The notes under the pieces are model-generated. The model saw only the letters and a list, made by a program, of their open reading frames with translations. It ran no database searches and was not told the DNA's origin. A stretch of DNA of 51,129 nucleotides, the filler included, from Sphacelaria rigidula (Eukaryota), in assembly GCA_964200075.2 (NCBI GenBank). It is 3 parts of 3 records of this genome, joined end to end, with 100 filler letters (N's around TTAATTAATTAA, not from the genome) between each part and the next. Parts side by side here need not be neighbours in the genome. Positions count along the whole stretch, not along the records: positions 1 to 16,977 come from CAXNAA020001198.1; 2 more parts are not named here. One strand, given 5' to 3'. How positions within the stretch are numbered: the stretch's first letter is position 1; every line of letters begins with the position of its first letter. Shown piece after piece: positions 1 to 11,335 of this stretch. A program made the translations under genes and the position numbers.

Positions 1-324
1 ATCACTTTTACAAAAGTGATTTTTCGGCACTTTTCGGGGGGGGGGGGGAGGGCGGGGGGGGGTATCGCAGCAACCAATCATCGGTCGTTTTTCACAAAAG
101 TAATTTCTTGAAAAGTGATAATCACTTCTGATAAGACCCCCCGCCTGAAGCAACAATAGTTTTTTGGTTTCATTTGTTCATCTCAAATGGAGTTACGAAA
201 CTATTACTTTTTCTTGCTGACATTTCAAATTGCTCTAGATTTTTAGGTTTTTTTTTGTTTCTTCCTTGTTTCGTTGCTTCGTGCGCTATTGGCATAAATG
301 TCGTGCCAAAAATTTAGCTCCTAA

Positions 325-797
325 GGCCAACTCTAATGGAAGCCGTTCAAAATTCCAGTCGAAAATTTGCTTTTGGGCCCTTCTCCGTCGATTTACGCTC
401 GAAAAGAGGGCGAGGCGGACGTTGACGCCTTCGAAAAACTTGCTCTACTCGTTGAGACGGTTCTAGGGCAACTCTGCATTTCCCGCTGGCTGCACTCTTG
501 TTTTTGACCAAATCAGGCCAAACACGAATTTCAAGTAAAAAGCGGTCAGGTGATCAAAATTCCCCCCTGATTTTTTTATCGCTCGACCGTTTCTTGTTGA
601 AAATCCGTGTTCGGCCAAAAATGAAAGTGTGGCCAGCGGGAAATGTAAAGTTGCCCTGGAATGGCCTCAATGAGTAGAGCAATTCATTCCAAGGCGTCAA
701 CAGCCGCCTAGCCCTCTTTTCAGGTGTAAAACGACGGAGAAGGGTCAAAAAGGCAGGTTTTGACTGGAATTTCGAACGGCCCCCGTTAGAGTCGGTA
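325..797. mobile_element. Foldback MITE with long TIRs, TAA-flanked (PIF/Harbinger-like)
   Basis: Arms about 325-530 and 608-797 are imperfect reverse complements; TAA at 322-324 and 798-800. Confidence 0.8.
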
Positions 798-800
798 TAA

Positions 801-1281
801 GGCCGGATGTTATGGCACACAGATTTTTGGCCCGCGGATTGTTCACTTTTGGGACGTTCGAGCCACGTTTTGACTCCCAAACAGGGAAATCGCCAACCCA
901 CGTCTTGGACACTTTGCATCACCCCATGGAGAGGAGCCTAGTCTGCTATTCAGATTCGCTTGGCTCCAAGGTTTCGGGAGCGGCCGCTGAACAATAATCT
1001 GTGTGCATTAAAATCTGCGGCGATCTTCACAGATTATTGGGCAAACTGGCGGGAGTCGGCCAGCACAGATTGTTGCACACGAACTTTTGTTCAGCGGCCA
1101 ATCTCCAAACCTCGGAGCCAAGCGAATCTGAAAAGCAGAGTGGGCTCCTCTCTGTGGGGTGATGCAAAGTGTCCGAGACGTGTCTTGGCGATTTTCCCTG
1201 TTTAGAGGTCAAAAAGTGGCTCAAACGTCCCAAAAGTGAACAATTCGTGGGCCAAAAATATGGTTGCCATAAGATCCGGCC
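801..1281. mobile_element. Foldback MITE, TAA-flanked, GGCCGGAT...ATCCGGCC termini (PIF/Harbinger-like)
   Basis: Palindromic over nearly its whole length; TAA at 798-800 and 1282-1284; a second copy lies at about 37369-37836. Confidence 0.85.
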
Positions 1282-4200
1282 TAACTCCTAATATCAGGCT
1301 ACGCGTCACTGTTCAACCGCAACTGGGAGCTCTTGGCTGGCCCAGCTCGTAAATATCGCATAACGAGCGGAACCGCGGCACATCAAGATGCTGACGGCGA
1401 ATAATGTAGCATTTTTTATCTTCTCCTCACACTTCGAACCCCTCCCCTTTCTCGGGATGAGTCCGTGGTCTCAAGTGATCAACCCATCTCTCCCCCGGTA
1501 CAGCATATTGCTGGGTATTGTCGATCGCAAGTATCTGATGAGGTTGACATCTATCTGATGTCGGGGCAAAATTCATCTTCGAAATTCGTGCTACAGAAAC
1601 AACAAGTGGATCGTCATGTGTGCGCATGAGTGGCGACTGCATGCGTCGGGACGGACGGACTTTTCAGGGTGGACGTTTATGTTGACATAAAACTATCATC
1701 AACGGCTTCTTCCAAGCTACTTCTTTACCTACGGGCCGGGGCTGCCCATCATACACACAATGAGCCTGCACAATGGATACTCACTCGCGCACGTGCGACA
1801 GGTCTCTTTGTCCGAACACGTCATCCGCCAACGCAGTGGTCATCCGCTATCGTAACGGTCACCCGCCAACGTGACGGGGGCTCCCTCTCTCCCTCCCTCT
1901 CCCCCTTCTCTTCGTCTTGCTCTCCACTCGTCACACACTCGCCCACACACCTCAACACATCACCATCCAAACATATAATATGATGAATATACCGAGCAAT
2001 TTTCAAGTTTTTCTCAGGTATCTTGGAATATCGACCTACAGAGCATGGCGGTGGCTCGAAAACCTTGCAAATGTCGGACGAATAACGATCCGCCTAGACA
2101 TTACTTGCTCCAGTGTAATTGATTCGTACCGTACGAAACAATCCCTGGGTTATGTTTTCAGCGTTGCACCCCAGGTACGTGGAATAGCGCAATATTTGCG
2201 CAGAGATTTCCGTGACCCGCTGTCAACTTTTTTTCCCCTCCTCTTTAGGGTAATCAGCCCTTAGAAATCATAGATTTGCTGATTCAAGCCAGCGATGATT
2301 CGGCTGACCATCAAAACTCTTCACCGTGTTAACATTTGCACCCCTCACATCAGCGCACATCCCAGTAACACTCGCAACTCTGGGCATTCTGAGCCACCAC
2401 ATACATGAAAGCAGGCAGCGTGCGGGATGACTATACGCCCCTCTACAATGTCAAGAGATCACACAACATACATAGCGCCCTTCCTTTGTTTGTACATGAG
2501 GCACCTCTATCTCCTTATTGGCCCCAGCAAACACGCAACGGCCAGACCAAACAACACGGTCTCAACAGCCAAGAGCCCATCTTACCTGGCGTCGAATTTC
2601 CTCCAGAGCGGCGGTCGCCGTCTCTAAAACAGCCCCCAGGTCCGCGAGCTTTTCCCCTTGTCCTCTCTGCCCCGAGGCGGAGCCTCCCTTCCCATCGGCG
2701 ACGCCGAACCCCGGCAACACGGACGACAACTGTAGAGGGCGGAGAGATGAGGGTATCAAGTAGTTCCATCAGTGACCGTGTTGGTTCCTCCGAACGCGTT
2801 TTTTTCATAATTCATACGAGGGTTAGGCGTCGAGACAAAGCGCACCCCGTGCCTGATGATGCTCAAGCTTAGGAGAATATCTTGATTGATGCCGCGGACA
2901 GGTGTCGAAGCCACGGGTTTCAGTGGCGCAAGGCGCTCAGGGCGCTGTGTGGTTTGAAGCGGTTGGTTACCAGCATTGCGCCCTCGTTTGTTCATTCAAC
3001 ATCCGCCGTCCAATGACACGATCATAGAGGATACGATTATCAGACCGGCACGCAAGCAGCAACGGATCCTGCCACCTGTGCCATAAAACTTAAGCCCGTT
3101 TGTGGATCAGCGCTCAAAGCAACACAGCTGACAGCTAACAAGCACCCTTCTCTAGGTTCCATTATACATCCGAGGGCTACTGGGCTCAACGCCCCTGCTC
3201 CAACTTGCGCGATAGCTCGACGTTAAGCTCCTCCCGCGCCAACAGTGTGGGTTCTACTAAGTGCCCCCGCAAACGCAAACTTGCGACGGGGCAACATCCC
3301 CTTACAGACGGTACCGGACAATCTAGCGGGGGCATGGGGACAATGTGATAGCCACAGAGGTGCTTGATGTGGTATTCTTCTCCCAGTATCAGATTGGGGG
3401 GAGGCCCGTCCGGGGGGGTTATCCGTGAATATTTCAGTGGTCGAGGAACTTCCACTTTGCCGAGCCCTTGCGGAGCAGTTTACTTTCCAACAACAGAGCA
3501 ACACGTCATGTGATGATCTACGAGTCTAGTTCCACGCCCGACACGGTCAGCAGTAGAGTACCCGTGTACACCGAGTGGCGCCTGCAGTTCTGAGAACACG
3601 ATCACAATTCAGTCCTCAGCTCCCAGATCAAGGCTGGCGTCGAGTAGCAACCGCTCATGACCTGCGCAGTGGCGTTCATCTTTCGCCGTGCTGCTTGTAT
3701 ATGCCCTGTCGCGCCAGCTGTCCGTGCTAAGTGTGATCACACCTCTCTCGAACATGGGGTGATATCTTCTCAGGGCTCAATGCAATTGATACTGTGGAAC
3801 ATGACTGCTTCAACTGAAACATAAAGATACAATACACCAGGTTCTCAAACGCCTCCGTAAAACGGAAAACAGAATCAACAACGGGTAACCAATTTCGCAT
3901 CAATGCGCAAATCCACTCCCGCCCCCCCCTCCCCTCTCCCTCCATGATGAGCCAACTCGTTATCGGCAATAATGCAATGTAATCAGTACGCTTCAGGTCG
4001 AATAATCGTGGCAGGATGCAGCTCACCCTACATGCGACTCGCCGAACATACTACGTTGTCGCGCGCTTTGTGATTTATCGCGAGCCTGGTCCGGCAAAAA
4101 CCCGGTGTGCTCCCTCCCGTCCTTGTAGTTATGCAGGGTCAATGGTCATATGACTACGGCATGCAAAATCATGAGTACATCCCCCCCCTCCCCCTCCACT

Positions 4201-4343
4201 GACGCATTTAGTTTCGTTTTGGTAATCCACCCACTTCTTCCGGTCCAGTTGTCAGTATCAAGGGGGTCGTCAGTCGATGTGTCTCTCTCCCTTTCCCGGT
4301 ACATGTCGACTGATTCTTCTTCAGAGTGATTATCGCACTTTAA

Positions 4344-4445
4344 CCATTTGACCGCAAGGGTAGATCGCCTGCTGAACCGGCATCAATATTCACTTGGAAA
4401 AAGTATGCGTGATCCAGATAGACTACCCGCACCACCGTCCAAGGG
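4344..4445. mobile_element. About 100-bp piggyBac-like MITE (TTAA target; CCCTT..CGCG / CGCG..AAGGG TIRs)
   Basis: TTAA on both sides (4340-4343, 4446-4449). Other copies at 5471-5572, 5737-5834, 5839-5940 (inverted), 16444-16541, 45351-45452. Confidence 0.8.
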
Positions 4446-4493
4446 TTAACCGACACTAACCCTTCATTATTGTACTATATAGGTACCATTGGA

Positions 4494-4568
4494 CTAGCGC
4501 TCCTCCATCCCGTCGACATGCGCCTCAAGTATCTTGGTTTGGAACCGCAAGACTCGTATATCAATAAT
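4494..4568 (-). CDS. Probable terminal exon of the contig-1 hypothetical gene (IIDIRVLRFQTKILEAHVDGMEER*)
   Basis: tttttccgacag|ATT, phase 0, ends in TAG; phase-compatible with exon 6802-6661. Confidence 0.55.
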   Translation of the reverse strand: MIDIRVLRFQTKILEAHVDGMEER

Positions 4569-4792
4569 CTGTCGGAAAAATAATCATGCAAAAAAAAAAA
4601 ACATATAGGTTACAATATCGTATGATACGGCTATACATGCGACACCCACGTGTACACCGTTGGGGGCGGGCAATGACCTAGAAAAGGTATACCTCCTCGT
4701 GTTTTTCCGAGAAAGGACAAAAAATTACCAGCAACGCGAAAACAGCAAAACACACGACATGAACAAATTTCGCTCCGAATTTTCCACGCGAA

Positions 4793-5090
4793 GCCGGTCG
4801 CCTCTGTAGCTCAATTGGTAACCTCGTAAATCTTCTGACGGTTGGGCCGTGGGTTCGAATCTCAGAGCGATCTGGGAGTTTTTTCTCACAGAATGCCCAA
4901 CAGTCGAGAGCGAATATGTCAAGGGTCCACAAAATTCGACTTGATGATCGACGAGGGAAAGGGACTGCTGAACTCCTCTAGCGATAAAAAAGAAAGTAAA
5001 GCACCGCGACCGATCCGCCCACATATAACGAAAGGTGTAGACCGGCGTCCAGAATAGATGGGACGTCAACATTCACACAACACAACACAA
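4793..5090 (+). mobile_element. tRNA-derived SINE, full length
   Basis: Pol III A box TAGCTCAATTGG (4807-4818), B box GGTTCGAATC (4852-4861), body, 3' end gtccagaatagatgggacg plus (CACAA)n tail; absent from the matching arm of the surrounding inverted repeat. Confidence 0.88.
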
Positions 5091-5470
5091 CAATCGGGGG
5101 GCTCCGCGGCACCCGGGTCTCGGAAAAAAAAACAGAAAAAAACATGTCACTCACGAGATATGGTTATGCGCACAAGGACGTCTCGCCTCCACAAACCACT
5201 TCCCCTCTCTACACAAAATTTCGGCCAGGTATACCTGATCTAGGAATTCTTTTTCAATCGTACCTATTTTGGGCCACCAGTTGGCTCAGAAAGTATCTAT
5301 CCTGGACCACCGCTTCCCACACTGTACCTGGTGCGGCACACTGCGCGCAAGGGAATCTACGCACCAACTCCAACGATGGCGCCCACACGTTCGGCTCTTT
5401 CCCCGCTCATTTGCCGTTCACGAACGCCACAACGAGCAGATGGTACCAACCCTAACGCCACAACCATCAA

Positions 5471-5940
5471 CCCTTTGATCGCGAGGGCAGGTCACCTCCT
5501 GAATCGGCATCAATATTCACTTGAAGAAAGTATGCGTGATCTAGATGGACTGCCCGCACCGCGGTCAAAGGGTTAACCCTTTTGGGATCGGACTCCGCAC
5601 AACGGTATGTTTGTGGCACTTTTCCCAATTTTCCCCCCCAAAAAGTGTGTTAGTGGCAGATGTTCGTGAGTTCTGTTTTCAAGTCAAAATGATGCGAATT
5701 CACATATTTTTGTGAATTCGCAAAAGTTTGACTTGACCCTGAGACGGCGAGAGTAGGTCATCTGTTGAATCGGCATCAATTTCACTCGAAAAAAGTATGC
5801 GTGATCAAGATGGACTACCCTCGCGGTCTCAGGGTTAATCCTTAGACCACGGTGCGGGTAGTACATCTGGATCACGCATACTTTCTTCAAGTGAAGGTTG
5901 ATGCTGATTCAGCAGGTGACCTACCCTCGCGGTCCAAGGG
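5471..5940. mobile_element. Chain of four piggyBac-like MITE copies or fragments
   Basis: Units 5471-5572, 5577-5732, 5737-5834 and 5839-5940 separated only by TTAA or TTGA. Confidence 0.75.
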
Positions 5941-6660
5941 TGAGAAATAAAATTAATGGATAACTGCCACCAACACACGGTTGTGGTGGGAAAAGGTCCC
6001 AAAAGGGATGACACGGAACATGACACCAGCCCCAGATCGCAACGACACGATGGTACGGAACACTCCGCAAGCGCAAAAGACCGACGCGTTGTGAGTTGTG
6101 AGTCCAGTTCTTGTGTCGATTGGGAGAGAGTCGGGAACCGTTTCCGGGGAGAGACGGTTTGCGCGTGGATTCCCTCGTGCGCGCAGTGTGCCGCACCAGG
6201 TACAGTGTGGGAAGCTATGGCCCAGGATGGGTATTTTCTGAGCCGACTGGTGGCCCAAAATAGGTACGATTGAAAAATAATTTCTAGATCAGGTATACCT
6301 GGCCGAAATTTTGTGTAGAGAGGAGAAGTGGTTTCTGGAGGCGAGACGTCCTTGTGCGCATGGCCATGTCTCGCGAGTAACACGTTTTCTTCTGTTTTCG
6401 AGGCCCGGGTGCCGCGGAGCCCCCCAATTGCTGTGCGTGAAAAATTCGGAGCAAAATCGGTCCAGATTGTGTGCTTTGCTGTTTATGCGTTACTGGTCGT
6501 TTTTCGTACATTTCTCAGGCGAAATACGAGAAGGTACAGTATACCTTTTCTAGGTCATTGCCGTTCATCTTTTCTTCAACATTCTCCACGAATTCCTCAA
6601 ATATGGACTGTGCAAAACTCATGTGGGAGCGCAGAATAGACAGGGTAGTAAATTAGTCAC

Positions 6661-6802
6661 CTGCAGCTTGACGGTGACGAACTGAACCCCGAGTCCTCGG
6701 GCCAAACATGCCACCAAAGTGCCGTCACCCTCGCCCGCGCGGATATGCACAGTGGCTGCCCGTCCGGAGAGAGCGGTCCTCAAAAACGCTTCGCCCGTGT
6801 AA
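6661..6802 (-). CDS. Exon of the contig-1 hypothetical gene (SYTGEAFLRTALSG...GVQFVTVKLQ)
   Basis: Long pyrimidine tract then cag|T TAC ... CAG|gtgact, 142 nt, phase 2-0, no stops. Confidence 0.7.
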
Positions 6803-6964
6803 CTGTAGAGAGAAAAAAAAAGGTCATCCCGCTTACATCATCACGACAATATCATTAGAAAACCTGGCCTCTGTTTCAAGCTTAGCGTTGCATCGCAAAA
6901 TTTGCGCTCGAAATTTTTCTGCACCGCGTATTTTCATTTTCTCGATCCTAACGGGTCTGAGAAA

Positions 6965-7002
<38 letters not shown>

Positions 7003-8013
7003 ACGCGAAGGTCCGACGCCCGCGCGCGCAATCGACGTTTGCTTGTGTGNNNNNNNNNNCCCCAAAATTCGCCCCGAAAATTTTTGCCCCCCCCGTTTTT
7101 TCCTTTCTCCCGACCAGCGGGTGCGGGAAAATCCCCCCCCCCCCCCCCCTCCTCCAGTCGTTTCGGACGAATGATGAGGTTCGTAGCATGTGTGAAAACG
7201 CCTTTTGTTTCGTGTTTGCTGCCTGAATACTTGTCATGATGTGCTTGATTTCTCGTCTCCCACCCTGAAAAGCCGGTAACTTCACTCTAATAGTGCTTTT
7301 GTTATGTGTAAATGTCGGGTTTTATTCTTCATCCGAAAAACTTGGGAGCTTGAAATTTCCCTTGCTCCGCGTCACTATCTGCTTGCGAGCACGCCACGTA
7401 CGTTCTGTTCAGGATTTCAACGATATTGGACGACCTCATACACAATACAAACTTCACGCATTTATGACAGAAAGAGCCGGCGAAAACCTACGCATCCAGG
7501 TTGTACTCTTCCAACTACTACGCAAAAATCTAAGGGAATCTCTACTGAACGAATGGGAGCATAATCAGCACATGAAAAATTGAGAACCAGGTTTTCGAAG
7601 AAAAAAAAAACATTGTTTTGATATAAACGGATTACAAGCAAAGTCGACGGACTGCGGAGGTGGTCATTACGTAATGCTCGACAATGAAGTGCAACGCAGG
7701 TAACGGGGGAGAGATGGGTTGATCTCTGGAGACTGCATCCTCGTTCTTAGGGAGGAGGGGGGGGGAAGGACATGTATGTATACTTGAAGCATTGGCACTT
7801 TTCAGCCGAACACAATCCAATCACCGCAGAGTTTGAACCGAGTTACTACACACCTCTGCCGAAGCCCAAATTGAGCGTCGCTCGGGGGAAGGGGGGCGAG
7901 GAGCGGGGGGGGGGGGGGGGGGGGGGGGGGGGCGGGTGTTTTGGTGGTTGCGCGGGGTTTTTTCACAAGCCAAACGCTGTGTCTTGGGAGGCCANNNNNN
8001 NNNNGGGGGTGGT

Positions 8014-8044
<31 letters not shown>

Positions 8045-8066
8045 GGGGGGGGGGGGGGGGGGGCAC

Positions 8067-8195
8067 AGTCATGTGTTGCTTGCCATAGTGGTTTGACCAT
8101 TGACAACGCATCGCTTTCGAGACGGAGCACCGTTCCTACTCCAAATAGAGACGACGTCTACATTTCGGTGCTCATCATGTTCACGTTTCTTCCAT
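8067..8195 (-). repeat. Short copy of the LINE 3' end (related copies at about 23205-23285, 34005-34053 and 49240-49362 on +)
   Basis: Shares tttgaccattgac..gcatc.ctttcgagacggagcaccgttcc.actcc with 21920-22010. Confidence 0.75.
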
Positions 8196-8766
8196 GACAA
8201 GAAAGACTTTTAGATACCCCTTCTCCTTCCTTCCAGAGGCAGCGGTGGGGGGGGGGGGGGGGGGGGAGGGGGGCAAGGGGGCACCTACGTAAATCGTGTA
8301 GACAGGANNNNNNNNNNGCCGGTTGGCAGGGGGTGTGGGGGGGGGGGGGCGTGTGGGGAAAGGGGGGGGGTAAATGGACGTCAAGAAAAACGTGACAATA
8401 GAAAGGATTACTTCGCATTCAAGAGACCCACTTCAATGACCACTCCGTTAGGGCACGCTAAAAAAATCCAGCAATGATCCAAGCCGATAACCACTACATT
8501 GCGTCTGAAACAATAGTGCAGTGAACCCCAAAAGCTCAAAACTCACGCTATATTCTTATTTTCCTATCTTCAAAGGGCAGCGACAACAAGGTGCTTTGAC
8601 ACATGAAAAGCAAAACAGACACATACACACAAATATTTTCGTAGCGCTGGACAGTCGACACAAGGGAAAGCGATAATAACCCTCTTAACAGTCTTTGCGT
8701 CTGCTAAAAATAACAGTAGCAGAAGCAAGTCACGACACGCATCCAGCGATGTGTCCCCCTAGTTAC

Positions 8767-8963
8767 CTTGCTGGAGGGTCGACGCAAAGAACGGTGATCC
8801 CCTTGGCCGGCATGGAAAGCATGTTCCGAAGTAAGCGGGCATCCTCAGCCGAACCTGGCGTCAACTGAGGGTCAGTTTTGCCTCTATCCTTTTCTTTATC
8901 CTTGCCGCTCCGTCTACGCGATCCACGCCTTGTATGACGCTTCGTCGCAGCTAGACCATCGAC
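8767..8963 (-). CDS. Exon of the contig-1 hypothetical gene (VDGLAATKRH...ITVLCVDPPA)
   Basis: Open frame of 65 codons; donor AG|gtaact is phase 2 and matches the next exon; 5' boundary uncertain (see findings). Confidence 0.6.
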
Positions 8964-9263
8964 CTATATTACCTCGAGAACACAGGGAATGGGGGGCAGG
9001 AAGGATTGAGTGTTCCGAGACCGAACTCTCGACTGCCCAAAAAGGGAGGACAACTCGTGGGCTTCGAGAGCTGGCGTAGCTGTGCGTTCATGTCGACTGC
9101 TTTGTGGCTGGACTCATATCCTCAATCAAGGTGGCATGTTTTTCTTTTTTTTTTGGGACACGTCAGAGAGGATTGACGAAAAGTAATTGCCATGCTCGTC
9201 AGTAAAAACGGACACTGCTGAGAAAGTGAAAAATGTTACAAGTACTGCACGCAGTTTTCTGAC

Positions 9264-9849
9264 TATCATCAAAAATAAACTGCGGCAGCAGCTGCGCCCT
9301 CCAGCGACGGGAATCGTGCTTGCTGACACAAGAACAAGGCGCTGGTAGCTTTACATCTTTTGACACACGTGTATGAGCCGCGCACTTGGGAAACACGCTA
9401 GGCCTGTGAACTGGTGTTCGATTTGTTTTGGGGCGGGGGGTACCTCTGTTTTGGTGAAAATACTGTAAGTTTTTATCCATCAAAAGAATTTCAACAGAAA
9501 TATCAACAGTTCAAAGCAATATGATACAGATAGAAATGTCAGCTTCTCGCACAATATTTGCCATGACTTCACCAACCCCCTTTCCTGCGAGATTATGATA
9601 TGAATCACGACCGTGGTTCCTTTCACTATTGACGTACGTACCCTTTATATGCTATGAGGGGGGGGGCATGGGCTAAGACCACGGGAGAACACACCTTAAT
9701 TCACACATACAGGTAGCGACCTTATAGGGGAGGATACGCACGTGCCGAACCACACGCTGAAACCTTGATTCGCTGCGTAGCTGGCTCTCGCATGCGCCTG
9801 TGCACTGATTACAGAGTTGTGCATTGCACTACTATCTGTAACGTCTGTA
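9264..9849 (-). CDS. Two candidate exons (9849-9742 and 9322-9264) of the contig-1 hypothetical gene
   Basis: cag|..AC|gtgcgt and cag|C AAG..GAT A|gtcag join in frame as ...NQGFSVWFGT-KHDSRRWRAQLLPQFIFDD; no recognisable homology. Confidence 0.35.
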
Positions 9850-11019
9850 CTGGCGGCGTGAGTACATGTCGTGAAAAAAAGTGGCTGTCCAACATCATGG
9901 ATAATCTCTTCACGGCTTTTCACGGGACGGCATGATCCGTCACGTCCCGTCTCGTCATGTTTCCAAGTGATGTGGAATATGCCCGTCGCGTCCCCACGCC
10001 CTTTTCGTTTCCCCCGTTTTCATCTACTCATGATATGTCACGGGACGTTCCGTCCCATCCTCGTGGGACATGCTATGAACGGGGTAGGGTTTTCTTGTCA
10101 AATTTCAGCGGAACATGGTGGAGTACAGTACAGTACAGTACAATAGCCAGTACCGTACCGTAACATCAACAAGCCGTCGGAGTATCGCCAGTCGCTATGC
10201 TGGCCTAGATCCACTCAGAAGGCAATATTGTAAGTAATATGAATAGGCTCTGCTGACCCGATCCGTTAACGAGCAAGCATGCCCAACAACGTATTTCGTT
10301 CGTGATGGACTGAGATATCCATCATGTGCGATAGGCATTTGTACCGATATAAGACTTATCTTCATGCAGCAATAGCACACTCTTTTCAACTTTTCACTTT
10401 GCAGCGCTCATGTACAACAGTACAGCGTTGACACGAACCATCACAAACATCAAGAGTGCACGCCGAATGCCGGGAGATATGTGTTGTAAAACCAACAACC
10501 AGCAAGAGGTGTCTCGGCTGGTGGTGGAGTTTTGGCTTCTTTGGTACTTGATAAAGTTCTACCGCATCAGCAGTGGCTCCTCGTATTTCCCTCGGACTGA
10601 ATCTTTGCCATTATAGCGTCTTTTTAATGTCAAAACTGTTGTGAGTTGCTCTGTTTGTGCGACGAAGGCATCAAGGCCGCCAGAGACTAATGCCGAGATA
10701 GCCCCCCCACAAAAGTGCACCGGAGACTGCCCGACAAACCGGCTGCGATCCCACTATTGGGCTCGTTTGCAGCAGTTTCGCTCACATGAGAGGCGTGTAG
10801 CGGTCCGAAATCAGCTATAACGCCCAAATACGTCCCGTCGTGCAGCACGAAACCAGCTCTAACGGCATTTATGATCATCGCCTTCGTGCACTTTTTTGGC
10901 CGGTTCGGGGGGGGGCTATCTCGGCAGCAGTCCAAAGCTGAAGGAATCAATACCGCCAAGCTCTTTTGAAAATTGCGACCTCAAAGCCATTGGTTTGGGG
11001 TGTTGATACGCATTACTAT

Positions 11020-11335
11020 GCCGTGAGGACGGGACGGGATCTCACGGACCGTGTTTCGCATTTCCCGTGGGAGCGGGATGGGACCCGACAGAAACTCTCG
11101 AGAAGAGGCTTAATCGTCCTGTGAGGACGGGCCAGTCCGGGTGATCCCTTCCCGTTCCGTCAGTTTTGCACGTAGCGGGTGAAGTTCTCGTCCCGTCCCA
11201 ACGACTTTTGGGTCCGCACTTCCCATCTGTTCCATCCCACCCCGACGAAGTCTCAAATTTCCAATCCCGTCCCGTCGTCTCCCAGATAGCGGACTGTTCC
11301 GTCCCGTCCCACCCCGTCGTCCCGTGAAAAGCACT
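11020..11335. repeat. GGGAC/GTCCC-rich dispersed element with inverted ends; related copies at about 9915-10110 and 42098-42392
   Basis: Multiple gacgggac / ccgtcccgtc motifs; cacgg / ccgtg at the ends. Confidence 0.65.

Larger units (their letters stand above)
4669..6562. repeat. Large inverted repeat with arms of about 390 bp (left 4669-4790 plus 5091-5363; right 6160-6562)
   Basis: Termini ggcaatgacctagaaaaggtatac / gtataccttttctaggtcattgcc; the ORF track shows near-identical peptides on opposite strands (5144-5455 on +, 5835-6383 on -). Confidence 0.9.

Noticed and set aside
1680..4300. LTR retrotransposon
   Set aside because: No paired LTRs and no recognisable gag, RT, RNase H or integrase motifs.
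4793..4870. tRNA gene
   Set aside because: Has A and B boxes but no proper cloverleaf or acceptor stem, and continues into a body and tail shared with other copies, so it is a SINE head.
5471..5940. CRISPR-like array
   Set aside because: Units are about 100-bp TIR elements in mixed orientation with no unique spacers and no cas genes; the context is eukaryotic.
6960..8372. Poly-Pro and poly-Gly ORFs, or a G-quadruplex cluster
   Set aside because: Long C and G homopolymers flank N10 gaps (7050, 7995, 8308) and look like low-quality or gap-adjacent sequence; run lengths are unreliable.
10687..10959. Protein-like ORF (KAMIINAVRAGFVLHDG...)
   Set aside because: Lies within a TIR-bounded MITE copy (gccgagatagccccc / gggggctatctcggc).
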